Shown: piece after piece, positions 1 through 12,215 of the stretch
How positions within the stretch are numbered: the first letter of the stretch is position 1
How the letters are laid out: each line of letters begins with the position of its first letter
Assembly: GCA_032718475.1 (NCBI GenBank)
Contig: JAUCBJ010007821.1
Coordinates: forward strand, 62,001-126,000
Direction: 5' to 3'
Origin: Nemertoderma westbladi
Taxonomy: Eukaryota > Animalia > Xenacoelomorpha
DNA length: 64,000 nucleotides
Notes under the pieces: generated by a model
Told to the model about the DNA's origin: nothing
The model's database searches: none
What the model saw: only the letters and a program-made list of their open reading frames with translations
Position numbers and translations under genes: made by a program

Positions 1-480
1 TCGCGGTGAGAGGGACATTGGTTTTGGGGGTGGGTCTGGTCGCGGTGGGAGGTACATTGGTTTTGGGGATGGGGCTGGTCTCGGTGGGAGGGACATTGGT
101 TTTGGGGGATGGGTCTGGTCGCGGTGGGAGGGACATTGGTTTTGGGGGTGGGGCTGGTCTCGGTGGGAGGGACATTGGTTTTTGGGGATGGGTCTGGTCT
201 CGGTGGAGGGGCATTGGTTTTGGGGATGGGTCTGGTCTCGGTGGGAGGGACATTGGTTTTGGGGATGGGGCTGGTCTCGGTGGGAGGGACATTGGTTTTT
301 TGGGGATGGGTCTGGTCGCGGTGAGAGGGACATTGGTTTTGGGGATGGGGCTGGTCTCGGTGGGAGGGACATTGGTTTTTTGGGGATGGGTCCGGTCGCG
401 GTGAGGGGCATTGGTTTGGGGGATGGGTCTGGTCGCGGTGGGTGGGATATTCGTTTTGGGGATGGGCTCGGATCGGATCG
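1..480 (-). repeat. 39-bp G/C-skewed satellite (family C), running off the left edge, opposite orientation to the copies at 39.7 kb and 63.5 kb
   Basis: Tandem GGGGATGGGGCTGGTCTCGGTGGGAGGGACATTGGTTTT units, the reverse complement of the arrays at 39741 and 63515; degenerates towards 480. Confidence 0.95.
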
Positions 481-1894
481 GGCATTTAATGCTCGGGTTC
501 TTACCTTGGATCAATCCTCGCGGCCACGCGCTCCGACCCTTCGCGATTTCAGGTTCGGTGTTCATTTCATGTATGCCGTTACACAGACCTGAAGTTAAAT
601 TTGGCGTATTTAATATGTATTTTGATCCACGGTAGTCTTCGGATATCTTGTGGGGCGAGCCACAAAGTCAGTAATAATTCGATTTAACAATTTTTTCTTT
701 TGTAAAATTTATTATAATAAAAACGTCGATTAGTGCGACAAGCATATAGTACCGTATCGCTAAACACACATTTAGTGCGGTCCGACTGGGTTTAATGGAA
801 TATTTGCATTGTTAATCGTTGCGTTTATTGTGAATATAATATTTAACCACCAACTACGAATTTAATTGTTATTAGAATTTAACGATTTTGGTTTTGAAAA
901 AATTGTTGAGTTGGGGTTTAAAATTTGGACCCGATAGCAGATAGAATATTATAATATTATTTCCAAACAAGTTTCATTATTGGGTATTGTTTAACCAACG
1001 TTAATTAACTATATGCATCAAATAAAGATGTAAAATTATATAAAAATCACCTAAAGTTCGTTAATATAATCTGGACCCAGGATTGTAGCTAACAAACTTG
1101 TTGTTAATCAAAACTTAGTTTTTGGGGTAGGGCGACCTGAGTTTCGGTTATAATTAATTATATTAAATACAAACAGATCTAACAACTACGTCGCATTTAA
1201 GGCACAAACAATCCCAATGTAATAAAAATCTTACTAAAACGGCTATTTATTAATGTAAATATTTCACAGATACCAACCGATGGCGAGGGATAAAATAAAA
1301 CTAAACCAAACCATTGTTAATAAATGTATAAACATCGCTAAAACAAAATACTTATAGAAATTTAGTCACTTATATTTATAATAATAAGAGGTGGATATTA
1401 TTAATTTGTTATAAATTAAATTCCAATTCCCTTCCCTACCAGTGTTAGTCTTTACTTAATTAACCAGAACACAAACAAGACATTAAGTTGGTGTACATAA
1501 AGTCATTACTGAATTAATATAGTAGATGTTCTAGGTTGATTGATCATCACCTTGGGGATTGTGGGGCGAGCCACGCACTAAGTACACCGGCAACCCGGAT
1601 TCAACCGAGTTGTTTGTCTATCGGAGTGTCGGAAACGTTTGAAGGTTAATAACCTTAGTTGTCAGTTAATAGTCGGAAATAGAATTTGCGTGGGGGTATC
1701 AGCAGTTCTTCAGTCTACCGCTAGAGGGCGAGTGGTACCCGTATAAGCTGATTGCTTACTTCGTTCTGCGAGAATGCTTAATGTACTTCTACATGTTCCT
1801 GTATATTAATAATATCGCAACCATACTAAGTACAACAAAGCATATTAAATGTGACTTGTCGATTTCGTAACAAAAGTCAACCACAACAAACTAA

Positions 1895-3068
1895 CTATTA
1901 GTTAGTAACGTCCTGAGAGGCTGTTACTAACTATAGTAGTTAGTAACGTCCTGAGAGGCTGTTACTAACTATAGTAGTTAGTAACGTCCTGAGGGGCTGT
2001 TACTAACTATTAGTTAGTAACGTCCTGAGAGGCTGTTACTAACTATAGTAGTTAGTAACGTCCCGAGAGGCTGTTACTAACTATAGTAGTTAGTAACGTC
2101 CTGAGAGGCTGTTACTAACTATAGTAGTTAGTAACGTCCCGAGAGGCTGTTACTAACTATAGTAGTTAGTAACGTCCCGAGAGGCGGTTACTAACTATAG
2201 TAGTTAGTAACGTCCTGAGAGGCTGTTACTAACTATAGTAGTTAGTAACGTCCCGAGAGGCTGTTACTAACTATAGTAGTTAGTAACGTCCCGAGAGGCG
2301 GTTACTAACTATAGTAGTTAGTAACGTCCTGAGAGGCTGTTACTAACTATAGTAGTTAGTAACGTCCCGAGAGGCTGTTACTAACTATAGTAGTTAGTAA
2401 CGTCCTGAGAGGCGGTTACTAACTATAGTAGTTAGTAACGTCCTGAGAGGCTGTTACTAACTATAGCAGTTAGTAACGTCCTGAGAGGCTGTTACTAACT
2501 ATAGTAGTTAGTAACGTCCTGAGAGGCGGTTACTAACTATAGTAGTTAGTAACGTCCTGAGAGGCTGTTACTAACTATAGTAGTTAGTAACGTCCCGAGA
2601 GGCTGTTACTAACTATAGTAGTTAGTAACGTCCTGAGAGGCTGTTACTAACTATAGCAGTTAGTAACGTCCTGAGAGGCTGTTACTAACTATAGTAGTTA
2701 GTAACGTCCTGAGAGGCTGTTACTAACTATAGTAGTTAGTAACGTCCTGAGAGGCTGTTACTAACTATAGTAGTTAGTAACGTCCTGAGAGGCTGTTACT
2801 AACTATAGTAGTTAGTAACGTCCTGAGAGGCTGTTACTAACTATAGTAGTTAGTAACGTCCTGAGAGGCTGTTACTAACTATAGTAGTTAGTAACGTCCC
2901 GAGAGGCTGTTACTAACTATAGTAGTTAGTAACGTCCTGAGAGGCTGTTACTAACTATAGTAGTTAGTAACGTACTGAGAGGCTGTTACTAACTATAGTA
3001 GTTAGTAACGTCCTGAGAGGCTGTTATTAACTATAGTAGTTAGTAATGTCCTGAGAGGCTGTTACTAA
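1895..3068. repeat. 38-bp palindromic satellite (family A), ~31 units
   Basis: Unit TAGTAGTTAGTAACGTCCTGAGAGGCTGTTACTAACTA; period 38 (CTGTTACTAA at 1921 and 1959); 11-bp inverted repeat TAGTTAGTAAC/GTTACTAACTA in each unit. Confidence 0.97.
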
Positions 3069-3201
3069 TGTGCAAATTGGTGTTGTGAAAAAATAAAATC
3101 TTGAGGAAAATCCACTGTGACTCTGGAAGGGAAAAAAACTACAAAAACCTACAATACGCAGCAGCACACTTTATGTTACTAATATAGAAGCGGGGCACAT
3201 C

Positions 3202-5157
3202 TTACAAGGTGAATGTTTTATCGAGGAAATCCTTCTTCTCGAACTCGTGTGTCCCTTTATGGCCGGCGGCGGTGCTGGCGCTGGGAGGCCTCCCTATGTA
3301 CGTAAACCCCCGGTCGCCTTCCAGCTCCGACAGACAGGTACGCACTCTGGGACGCACGAAACTCCAGTAGCCCATGTTCTTGTGTTCCTCCTGGACCCAG
3401 ACAACCTCGGCGTTCACATACAACGCTAACTCGTCCCGCACCAGATCGTAGGGGAACGGGGCCAGCTGTTCCACACGAACTATAGCCACGTCGCGTTCCA
3501 TACCGCGCCGACGGCGTTCCTCCTCCAGGTCGTAATACACCCGACCGGAACACATGACCAACTTGCGGACGACTTCAGGTTGCGGCTGCGAGTCGCCGAT
3601 AAGTCGACGGAACTCCGTTCCTTCCCGGATCTCCGAGAACGGGGAACGACACGCGGGTAATCGGAGCAACGATTTGGGAGTGAACAGGATTAGCGGCTTC
3701 CGGAAGGGGAGTTTAACTTGTCGACGGAGGATGTGGAAGTAGTTGGCCGGGGTGGAGCAGTTAGCGACGATCCAGTTGGCGGCGTGGAGCTGCGTGACCA
3801 CGAAGTTATCCTCCTCGGTTCTGAGAGGGAACTCATCCTCGTCATCGTTACTCATCTGTAGGAACCGTTCGGGGCGCGCGCTGCTGTGCTCGGGTCCCAT
3901 ACCCTCGTAGCCGTGCGGGAGCAGCATCACCAACCCGCACTGCCGGTACCACTTGGCCTCCCCGGCCGAGAGGAACTGATCCACGATGCACTGAGCCGTG
4001 TTGAAGAAGTCCCCGAACTGGGCCTCCCAGAGTACCAAAGCGTCCGGAGTCGATATCGAGAAGCCGACCTCGAAGCCGAGAACCCCGAACTCGGAGAGGG
4101 GCGAGTTGATGACCGTGTAGTTGGCCTGTCCGCCGTCGGCGGCGATCCGGTTCAACGGGACCGCGGTCTTCCCGTCAACCTCCTGATCGTGCAGCACGTC
4201 GTGCCGCTGACTGAAGGTGCCCCGCTCCACGTCCTGTCCACTCAGACGCACCGCGACGCCCTCTAGCAGCAACGAGCCGAAGGCCATCTTCTCGGCGAGA
4301 TTCCAATCCACGACCCCCTCGGCGGTGAACTCTCCCCGCTGCTCGAGGATCTTCCCTACGTTCCGATGGACCACGAAGGACTCGTCCACGCGGCTCACGG
4401 CCTCCCCGACACGTCGCAACGTCTCCTCCGAGACTCCAGTCGGCTGCGGCGGGTCCCGCAGATTCGCCGCCTCGTAGAATCCCGGCCACAACGCGTGTAA
4501 CCAATGCTCGCGCTTCGATTCCGGCGACTTCTGCGCCAAAGCGAACTCTTCCTCGCAGAGTTTCATATAAGAGTTGATGTTCCTTTTGGTGAACTCCTCC
4601 GATATGATGCCTTCCTGTATGAGTTGCTTCTTGTACTTATCGAGGACTCCGGGAATCTCTTTAATCTTCTTGTACATAACGGGTTGAGTGAACATTGGCT
4701 CGTCCATCTCGTTGTGTCCGTATCTTCGGTACCCGATGAGATCGATAACGAAGTCGCGATGCCAGGTGGCGCGCCATTCCGCGGCAATGCGCGCCACTCG
4801 GATCACGTGTTCCGGCGCGTCCGCATTCACGTGCATTATGGGGCAGTCCGAGACCTTGGCGACGTCGGTGCAGAACTCGGAGGACCTCGCCACCCGGGGG
4901 TCCGTGGTGAACCCAATCTGGTTGTTGATGACTATGTGGATGGTCCCGTGGGTGGTGTACCCCGGCAGGTCGGCCTGGTGGTGGGTCTCGTACACGATAC
5001 CCTGCCCCGAGTACGCGGCATCCCCGTGGATGAGAATGCCCATTACCTTGCGACCAGCGGTGTCCCCCCGTTGCTCTTGCATGCACCGCACTTTACCGAG
5101 AACCACGGGGTTCACAGCCTCCAGATGCGAAGGATTCGCGCAGATTGCAATCTCAAC
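3202..5157 (-). CDS. OGDH: 2-oxoglutarate dehydrogenase E1, exon 2 (ThDP-binding and C-terminal domains)
   Basis: Acceptor CAG|GTT at 5158/5157, then VEIAICANPSHLEAVNPVV; motifs HGDAAYSGQG, RRYGHNEMDEP, RLSGQDVERGTFSQRH, WEAQFGDF, LLPHGYEGMGPEHSSARPERFLQ; stop at 3202-3204. Confidence 0.95.
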   Translation of the reverse strand, partial: VEIAICANPSHLEAVNPVVLGKVRCMQEQRGDTAGRKVMGILIHGDAAYSGQGIVYETHHQADLPGYTTHGTIHIVINNQIGFTTDPRVARSSEFCTDVAKVSDCPIMHVNADAPEHVIRVARIAAEWRATWHRDFVIDLIGYRRYGHNEMDEPMFTQPVMYKKIKEIPGVLDKYKKQLIQEGIISEEFTKRNINSYMKLCEEEFALAQKSPESKREHWLHALWPGFYEAANLRDPPQPTGVSEETLRRVGEAVSRVDESFVVHRNVGKILEQRGEFTAEGVVDWNLAEKMAFGSLLLEGVAVRLSGQDVERGTFSQRHDVLHDQEVDGKTAVPLNRIAADGGQANYTVINSPLSEFGVLGFEVGFSISTPDALVLWEAQFGDFFNTAQCIVDQFLSAGEAKWYRQCGLVMLLPHGYEGMGPEHSSARPERFLQMSNDDEDEFPLRTEEDNFVVTQLHAANWIVANCSTPANYFHILRRQVKLPFRKPLILFTPKSLLRLPACRSPFSEIREGTEFRRLIGDSQPQPEVVRKLVMCSGRVYYDLEEERRRRGMERDVAIVRVEQLAPFPYDLVRDELALYVNAEVVWVQEEHKNMGYWSFVRPRVRTCLSELEGDRGFTYIGRPPSASTAAGHKGTHEFEKKDFLDKTFTL

Positions 5158-6764
5158 CTGCGGGGAAATTATGCCAAAACGTTACGTTGATGAAGATATC
5201 AATAACTCTGAGACACACATAAGCTACATCCGTATCATTAACGTAAGGGGCTATTATTAGTTGACAAGGTTTTTTACATCCTCATCAACTTATCACCAGC
5301 AAATTAATTACTTTCAGTTTCTGACTTACATTTGCCCACGCGTAGAGGCACTAAGAGGGAAGACGTACACCCCCCCCCCCCCCCCATGTCAAAATTTCAA
5401 ATATCTGTTTTTTCATTAATCTATAGCAGAATTTAATGAGGATTTCAAATCTGAAAACCGCTTAGCGAAACCTCTTTTAGTTCTTGAGTTATCGCTGTTT
5501 TTCTGTATGATGGTCTGTCAGTCAAATTGTAAGACTTTAATTAAAAGACAGACAACCGACAGACAGACAAACAGACTCGATTCCATCAAACCTAAAAACT
5601 GACATCGGAAATGAAATCAGCGACCCCGAAAACCCCCATAATGAAAGTTTTAGCCCGGTGATGTGTATCTATCATGCCAGAAATGATTAACCAGCCAGAC
5701 CACAGACAGACAGTTCTGGCGGGAAGGTTTAAACTTTGAAGGCAATTATCTCGGAATGACATTTTTCAAAATACCACTCCTCCGCCATTTTTTAACCAAT
5801 TTTCTTTCTTTTTGGATGATTCGAAAGGGTTTCGGCAGTTCTTTAAAAGTTATCGGTTAGAATTTTTATATTTATGTTTTTACAGCAAATTTTTCAGAAT
5901 AAAGCGAAAAATTTGTTAAAGACCTAGGTTCTAATAGACCAAGTTCAAAATTACGTTACGGAAAAAGTAAATGTTGACAATATTAGAGGAAAGGGTGATG
6001 TATTCAACGCATTGCTTTCAGTGCAAAGCAGACTTATTGTCTTGTAACTTGAGACAAAAAAACAACATCATTGCAGCATGTCTTTGCTGTGTATTTATCG
6101 TAAAGGACGTAAATGGTTAGCTATAGAGCAGTTTAACCATCTCCTACACTATGGGACTCTGCAAACAGCGCTACAGCCCTGTAAATTCTCCAATTATGTT
6201 GGTTGCTGGTTTGTTTTTGGCTATTAACAGCCTAACATGAAGGATTACCGTGCTGTTCGCAGTCGAAGTATGTAAACTCTGTGATAGTTACGTCCGTTAC
6301 CGTGGAATTGCCCATTTAAAATTACAATCTATCCGATTATGGATGTTTCAAATAAATAACTTATATCAGTAATTGTCATATCTCTACTTATATTATCTAC
6401 TTATTTAATTGTGTAACCGGTTTATATGGACCTGTCTGGTCGGGAATAAAGGAAATAATAATAATAAAAAATACTTGTTTTGGTTAGAAAAAGCCCGCCA
6501 ATGTAACCTGCTCAAGTGCTCATATCCCTTAAATTTTTTAAGATGCCGGAGGTGCGCAAATAAACCCAAAAAATAAGCGAGATATATTTAGATGAGACTA
6601 CCGTAATTCTTTAGTTTAGTATTTTGTGTATTTTATATGCCAGTATGTTATGTAAAGATAAACTAGAACTGAAGTATATACGACTAAAAAAAACCAATTA
6701 ATGAAAAGTAAAAATACATAGAGGAAGTGCCAAATATATATTTCTTTACTTTGGTTATACAAAC
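5158..6764 (-). other. Single GT-AG intron of the OGDH gene (1607 bp) containing repeat-derived sequence
   Basis: GT/AG ends restore the conserved ..NTQKE|VEIAICANPSHLE continuity; contains (CAGA)n-like tracts near 5545-5580, a poly-C run and a dispersed 40-bp motif. Confidence 0.88.
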
Positions 6765-7835
6765 CTCTTTCTGTGTGTTGAAATTCATTCTTTTAATATA
6801 AGTGCCCAGATGGTACTTAACGTCCCCCGATCCTTCCTGTTCCTCAACCTTGGGGTTAAACTGCGAGAAGAGACGTCGGAACGGTATCTTAGCGACGTTG
6901 GCCAACACGTTGAGTCGTCCCCGATGGGCCATGGCGATAACGAATGAGTCGCAGCCCAACTCGTTGCTCTTATCGATGATCGTCTTGAGACACGGGATGA
7001 GAACCTCGCAACCCTCCAAACCGAACCGCTTCTCCGACGGCCATTTCTTCGCGAGGAATTCCTCGAATTTAACGCCGTCGATGAGTCGCCGAAGTAGATG
7101 CGTCTTCTCGTCGTTGGTGTAGTTGAGCATCCCGGGGGTCTCGAGGCGTTCTCGGATCCAGTTGCACATCAATCGGTCCGGGACGTGCATAAAGTCGGCG
7201 CCGATGTGTCGCGAGTAGGCGGCTCGCAGGCGGCGGATGATCTCGTCCGGCATCAATTCCGTTTCGCCGCCGCCTATATACGACGTCGGCGGGAGGTTGA
7301 ACGGATGCTGGCTGAAGTCCTCCGGGTAGACTTCCAGCTCTACTGGGACCTCCTCGTGTCTCAGACCTAGGGGGTCAAGGTCCGCTAGTTTGTGGCCCCG
7401 CACGCTGTAACCACGCAACACGCCCTGCATGTTGAGATGGTCGGTGATGTCCTTCTGCGAGACTTGGGTTCGGGACCCGGACGCCGGTACCACGAACGGC
7501 CGATGGGGGCGCACCCCGCTGAACTCGTCCGCGAACGATTGCGGTACCGAGTTTGGATCCTCGGACCATTTCTCGAACATCTCCTCTTCGTAGGTGACGT
7601 TGGAACCGCTAAGAAAACTGTCCGAACTAATCTCCTTAAAGGTGGGAAGTTTCTTTGCGGAATCTGATGCATAGCGCCGATTACGTGCGGTTTGTTTGCA
7701 TCCATCACAATTTACAGCCGTGCGCAGAGGTTGGTTCGCAATATCGGTGCGTAACAAACATTTACTAATGTTTACTTTTGGGGTTATAATTGCCTTTAGC
7801 GTACAGCCCCGCAATACACCGCAATTACTTAACAT
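6765..7835 (-). CDS. OGDH: 2-oxoglutarate dehydrogenase E1, exon 1 (mitochondrial targeting peptide and N-terminal domain)
   Basis: Motifs FLSGSN..YEEEM, KRFGLEGCE, MAHRGRLNVLANV, GSGDVKYHLG; donor GAG|GT at 6765/6764, phase 0, joins exon 2 in frame for ~1008 aa; basic N-terminus nearly free of acidic residues. Confidence 0.93.
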
Positions 7836-8085
7836 TGTACTGTTATAACATTTGATTTACTTACGGCCTGACGGCAGTACCTACGGTTACATCTGTGATC
7901 TGTACAGGTTACCACTACTGCACTACCACTGCAGCACTGACAGAATTACAAATAAATACAGACAGATAAATTCTGAAAAATAGGAGGACGATTACAGTAT
8001 GCTGGAATGTCAACCTCTAAATCTGATCAAGAATTATCTCTCCAACCGCTTCCAATTCGTCAGCACAGGTACAGCAAAATCAATG

Positions 8086-8218
8086 CTTGAGCCTATACTC
8101 TGTGGGGTTCCCCAAGGGGGTCTCTCCTTGAGCCTATACTCTGTGGGGTTCCCCAAGGGTCTCTCCTTGAGCCTATAGCAGGTATAGGCTACTCTGTGGG
8201 GTTCCCCAAGGGTCTCTC
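8086..8218 (+). repeat. Three ~40-bp tandem copies of a LINE RT fragment (CGVPQGS)
   Basis: CTTGAGCCTATACTCTGTGGGGTTCCCCAAGGG(G)TCTCTC x3; the RT continues after 14578. Confidence 0.8.
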
Positions 8219-9551
8219 TAGGGCTCGATCGCATTTGGCCGGAGCCGGAGCAAGAGCCGGAGTTGGACAATTTGGCCGGAGCAGGAGCCGGAGTTTATAA
8301 AAATTTTTAAAAATTTAATTATTTATTAAAAAAATAAAGTACCGGTATGGTTATCGTTCGCCAATCGCTCAAAATCAATCCACAATCATGATCATAGCAG
8401 CATAGGTCTAATTAATTTCATAATTTATAGATTTACGAATTTTCAATTTAAAATTTAAGTAGGCCTACCCGGTAACGTAACCGTAATTTATCACGGACAG
8501 ACGGCCTGACGCTGAGGGCTAAAAATTACCTACAGTACCAGTACCTAAACCTAACTCACTACCGGTAACTGTCTAACTGCTGAACAGTCAACAGTGGTAG
8601 ATTCTGGTAGATCAGTAGATAGGCCTAGGCTGTAGGCTGCTAGTGGCTAGGTGTGTACTGTAGCACTGTAGGTACCGGTACCGTACCGTAAGCGTCGCGT
8701 ACCAGACCAGTACTGCCTGACTGCAGTACAGTATGCTGGCATGGCAGCAGTGGTACAGGGCTACAGTGGTACCAACCTGTAACGGTCTGATAGTCAGCCA
8801 GTACCAGTACTGCAGTACGGAGTCCGATACCCACCATTACATTTTTGGTGTATGTGTTGACAGGCCTATTTGCTATTACTGCTGTACAGCAGTACAGGTT
8901 ACTGTATTATTACATTGTTCAGTTGTTAGGCTACGGCCATATATAGTAGGCCATGCTACGGCAGTCAGGCAGTACGGTACCGTATTACCTACTGACCTAC
9001 TAAACTGAAACATTCATATTGGGCAACCAAATAGAGGGATTTTAACACAATAATACGATGTACCTTGTTAGATTAATTACAACGGAGAGCCTTTAGATTT
9101 TGTTAACTCATTCGAATACTTATAGTCCGGCAGCCACAATGGTATACCGAAAATTTTTGGACGGATTAAATTTTTTTTATGTTTTGAGTTCTACAGGTCC
9201 CAATTAATGAGGAAATGGCGATTATAACATTTTTGACTTTGGGCATTTTGAAATAACGACCTAGTTGCTAAGGACCACGCAATTCTCATTTAAAGCATAG
9301 CAACTGCAAACAGCATGTCATAATGGATTGAAATCTTCTACAAAGTCAATATAGTTCATTTACGAAATAATGACAGTATTTTTTTGTCAGATTTTTAGAT
9401 CCTGTTGCTATGGAGACGGCATTGAAGTTTATTGTTGCGATTTCAAACGCCTTTAATTATACAATTAGTTACAAAATATGCACCAAAGTTAGTTAAATTA
9501 TGTTTATTTTATTAGCGTGGCCTTTCTGTAACTTTAGACAAGGTTAAGAAT

Positions 9552-10099
9552 TGTTAGCTTATCCAATTCCGCTAACACAAACCCATAGAGTGAGCCGTTA
9601 AGCAATATTGGGAGCACGAGGTTGATTACCAATATCAACCTCGTATCACCCCAATAGAGTGGGAAGGAGAAGCACACAACAAGGGTCAGGGGTTACACCC
9701 CTGAAAGAGAGAGAATAGCAGGGGCGAAGGGAAGCACTTCAGAGGGGGGCAAAGGGTGACAACAGAATTATTAGCCAATGGGGGGAAGGCACCGGCTGAG
9801 TAGCGTAACTTGGCCAACCGTGCAATATATTACCATTCAGTCAGTGTATAATTTAGTCAGTGTAGCATTTGGTGTTAGTTAGGTTAGTTTAGCTAGGGAA
9901 GTACCGGGACTTTTAATCACCGTCTCCCGCCTTCCGTTTACTATATTACCAATTCTGTGTATCATTCATTTATCTATACTATTATACCCAAGGACTATAT
10001 ACAACGAACAACGCGAACTCTTTTCACCTTTTCACACACGGCGGGGACGCGTAGATTAATAAACCGGATAAATCGGGATCCTTCGTGGATCCCGTCACA
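9552..10099. mobile_element. Solo LTR (548 bp)
   Basis: TGT...ACA termini; perfect 5-bp TSD AGAAT at 9547-9551 and 10100-10104. Confidence 0.85.
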
Positions 10100-11504
10100 A
10101 GAATCTAAATTGGGCTGATATTTATGTCCTAACCTGACATGTTTACGTGTTAACATAATTATTAAAGATTACAAATTTCAGCGATTATAACATTTAGGTG
10201 ATGTTTCTACGGTAACTATATTTGTTATTTCCAGTTTAGCTCCTTTCTACTGTATTGTGCATCTTATTTTATTGTACCCGTATTCATAAATCGATACTGT
10301 AAGGGATAGTACAGATAAAGTGCCTAAGTACCTTAGCAAAGTAGATTAGAGTGGATTCTACTGTACAGTATAGTATGTTCCTGTGTTCCAACGTACGATA
10401 TACAGTATATAATAATATTTATAATATACCAAATTTTGAGTTGGGTACTACAGTAATTTTTCTTGGGTGACCATTTCGATATGGAGAATTGGGTTTGGAA
10501 TTCATAACTATTGATGATCATTAGTTATGATTATTAGTTAGGCCTATGATTTATCAATGAGTTAGGCATCACATTTAGTGTTTTCTTCATGGAATAGCTA
10601 GTGAGTTTCCAGGTCTCTGCATTTAAATGGGACTTGTTCTATAGAAAATTGATATACTCGTAGTTTCTTATATGGAATGTTTTTTCATTGACATGAAAAT
10701 GTCATTAGCTTGTTCTAGAAAATTGACATAGTTGTAGTTTCTTATACGTGAGTCGAATTGTTCATTTAATTGTCATCGGTATGTTTTTTTAATGTTTTTT
10801 TAATAATTAAAATGGTACTGTATGTTTGCGTAGTTCTCTAGAAATATAACAGTTGATGATAGCTAATCGAATTAGGAAACCTAGCAATTACTGTAAAAAA
10901 TTCTAAAATGACTAGTTCGAACATTCATAAGATATTATGGGTGCCACCTGGAAAAAACAGTAACTATTGTATCTGGTAAAAAAAATAGCTAGTAAAATCT
11001 CAAAACTTGATCATATTTAAAAGTCAATAGATAAAATGTAGTTAACGGGCCGGTAACTACATAGTCAACGGGCCGGTACTAGTTAACGGGTCGGGACTAG
11101 AGTCATCCGACTCCCTTACAGGTTGACAGGAGTTTACCTACAGTAGGTAATGACAAGCAAACTACTGTATAAACGAATTTAAGTTCCATGAATTGTAAGA
11201 AATCCACGCATTCACTAGCTATGCTAATAACCCAACCAAACAGGAATATTGGACCTACCTTATCACATGTGGATGAAGCGGTCATTCTATACTGAGATTG
11301 ACCAAAAAGGAAATGTCAAAAGAACTAGATTATGACATAGATATCAAGAGTTATATTAGTATTTCAAACCCGGTTTCATGCCTTGCCATTAAAAGTTTTG
11401 GCGGGGTCTGTTATTGGTCTACATCGAGCTAAATGTATTGACCATGAGTTCCTCAAATAATTTGTAAGTAATTTTTAAGTAATTTGGTATTTTCCTGTTC
11501 AGTA

Positions 11505-12215
11505 CGGTGGACTTACATTAGGGGGGATGCATACATTAATGAGTTTCATTGGATCCATAGGAAGTTTAATGGTTGAAACCGGCCTCTCTGAAGTGTATCG
11601 TGTGTATTTTGGCGGTGTTTCGAAGATGTTATCTGGGAAAAAGTGTCCACAGAACAGGCGCGCTATGCGCATTTTCGCAGATAAATATTCTATATTTGTT
11701 CTATTATTACATTTTTATCTGAGGGAAAGAACAGGTATAACCAATTCAATTTTCATAAAATCCCCATTAAAAAACCGTACCGCAGTAATAGACGTGGGCG
11801 ATACAGTAAAAATGCATCGTGGTATCATAGGAAATCTTTTGGGAGGCCATGCATTATCTGAGTGTGAAACGGTTGCGAGTATGTTTGGGATTGGCAAAGC
11901 GAAAGTCACCAAGGCTTTGGGGAAAGGACTCACTCTTACTTGTTTGGGAGATATGGAAGCACCGCAATCTACAGTCTTAATGGAATGTACTAACTTTATA
12001 ACTGACTGGCGTGACTGCTATGGATATGACTCAGACAACATGATCCAGTCACGACAAAAGGTGTGCACAGAAAAAACAATTACCAGCTGTGCAAAGCTGC
12101 AAACAATACCACCAACCACTGACTCCTTCTCAGAGAACGTGAAAAGAGTCCATTTGCAAGTAATGTTGTGGAAGAACTCAATGGACTATGGAACTTTTCC
12201 CAATATTTTACAGAC
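11505..12215 (+). pseudogene. Internally deleted Academ-type transposase/XPG-like nuclease remnant
   Basis: LGGMHTLMSFIGSIGSLM..GL, HALSECETVASMFGIGK, PPTTDSFSENVKRVHLQVMLW; cut at 12216 by a solo LTR. Confidence 0.65.

Noticed and set aside
1-480. True telomere (TTTTGGGG)
   Set aside because: The motif is only part of a 39-bp unit, and the same satellite occurs internally at 39.7-42.4 kb
1895-3068. CRISPR array (38-bp palindromic repeats, also 18790-19955 and 56140-59065)
   Set aside because: Units are head-to-tail with no unique spacers, there are no cas genes, and the context is eukaryotic
3247-7708. Overlapping alternative-frame and antisense ORFs within OGDH
   Set aside because: Shadows of a GC-rich CDS; no recognisable motifs
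3202-7835. Split bacterial sucA or horizontally transferred gene
   Set aside because: The two ORFs join through a GT-AG intron, and the protein has a mitochondrial leader and animal-type motifs (KKWPSEKRFGLEGCE, NTAQCIVDQF)
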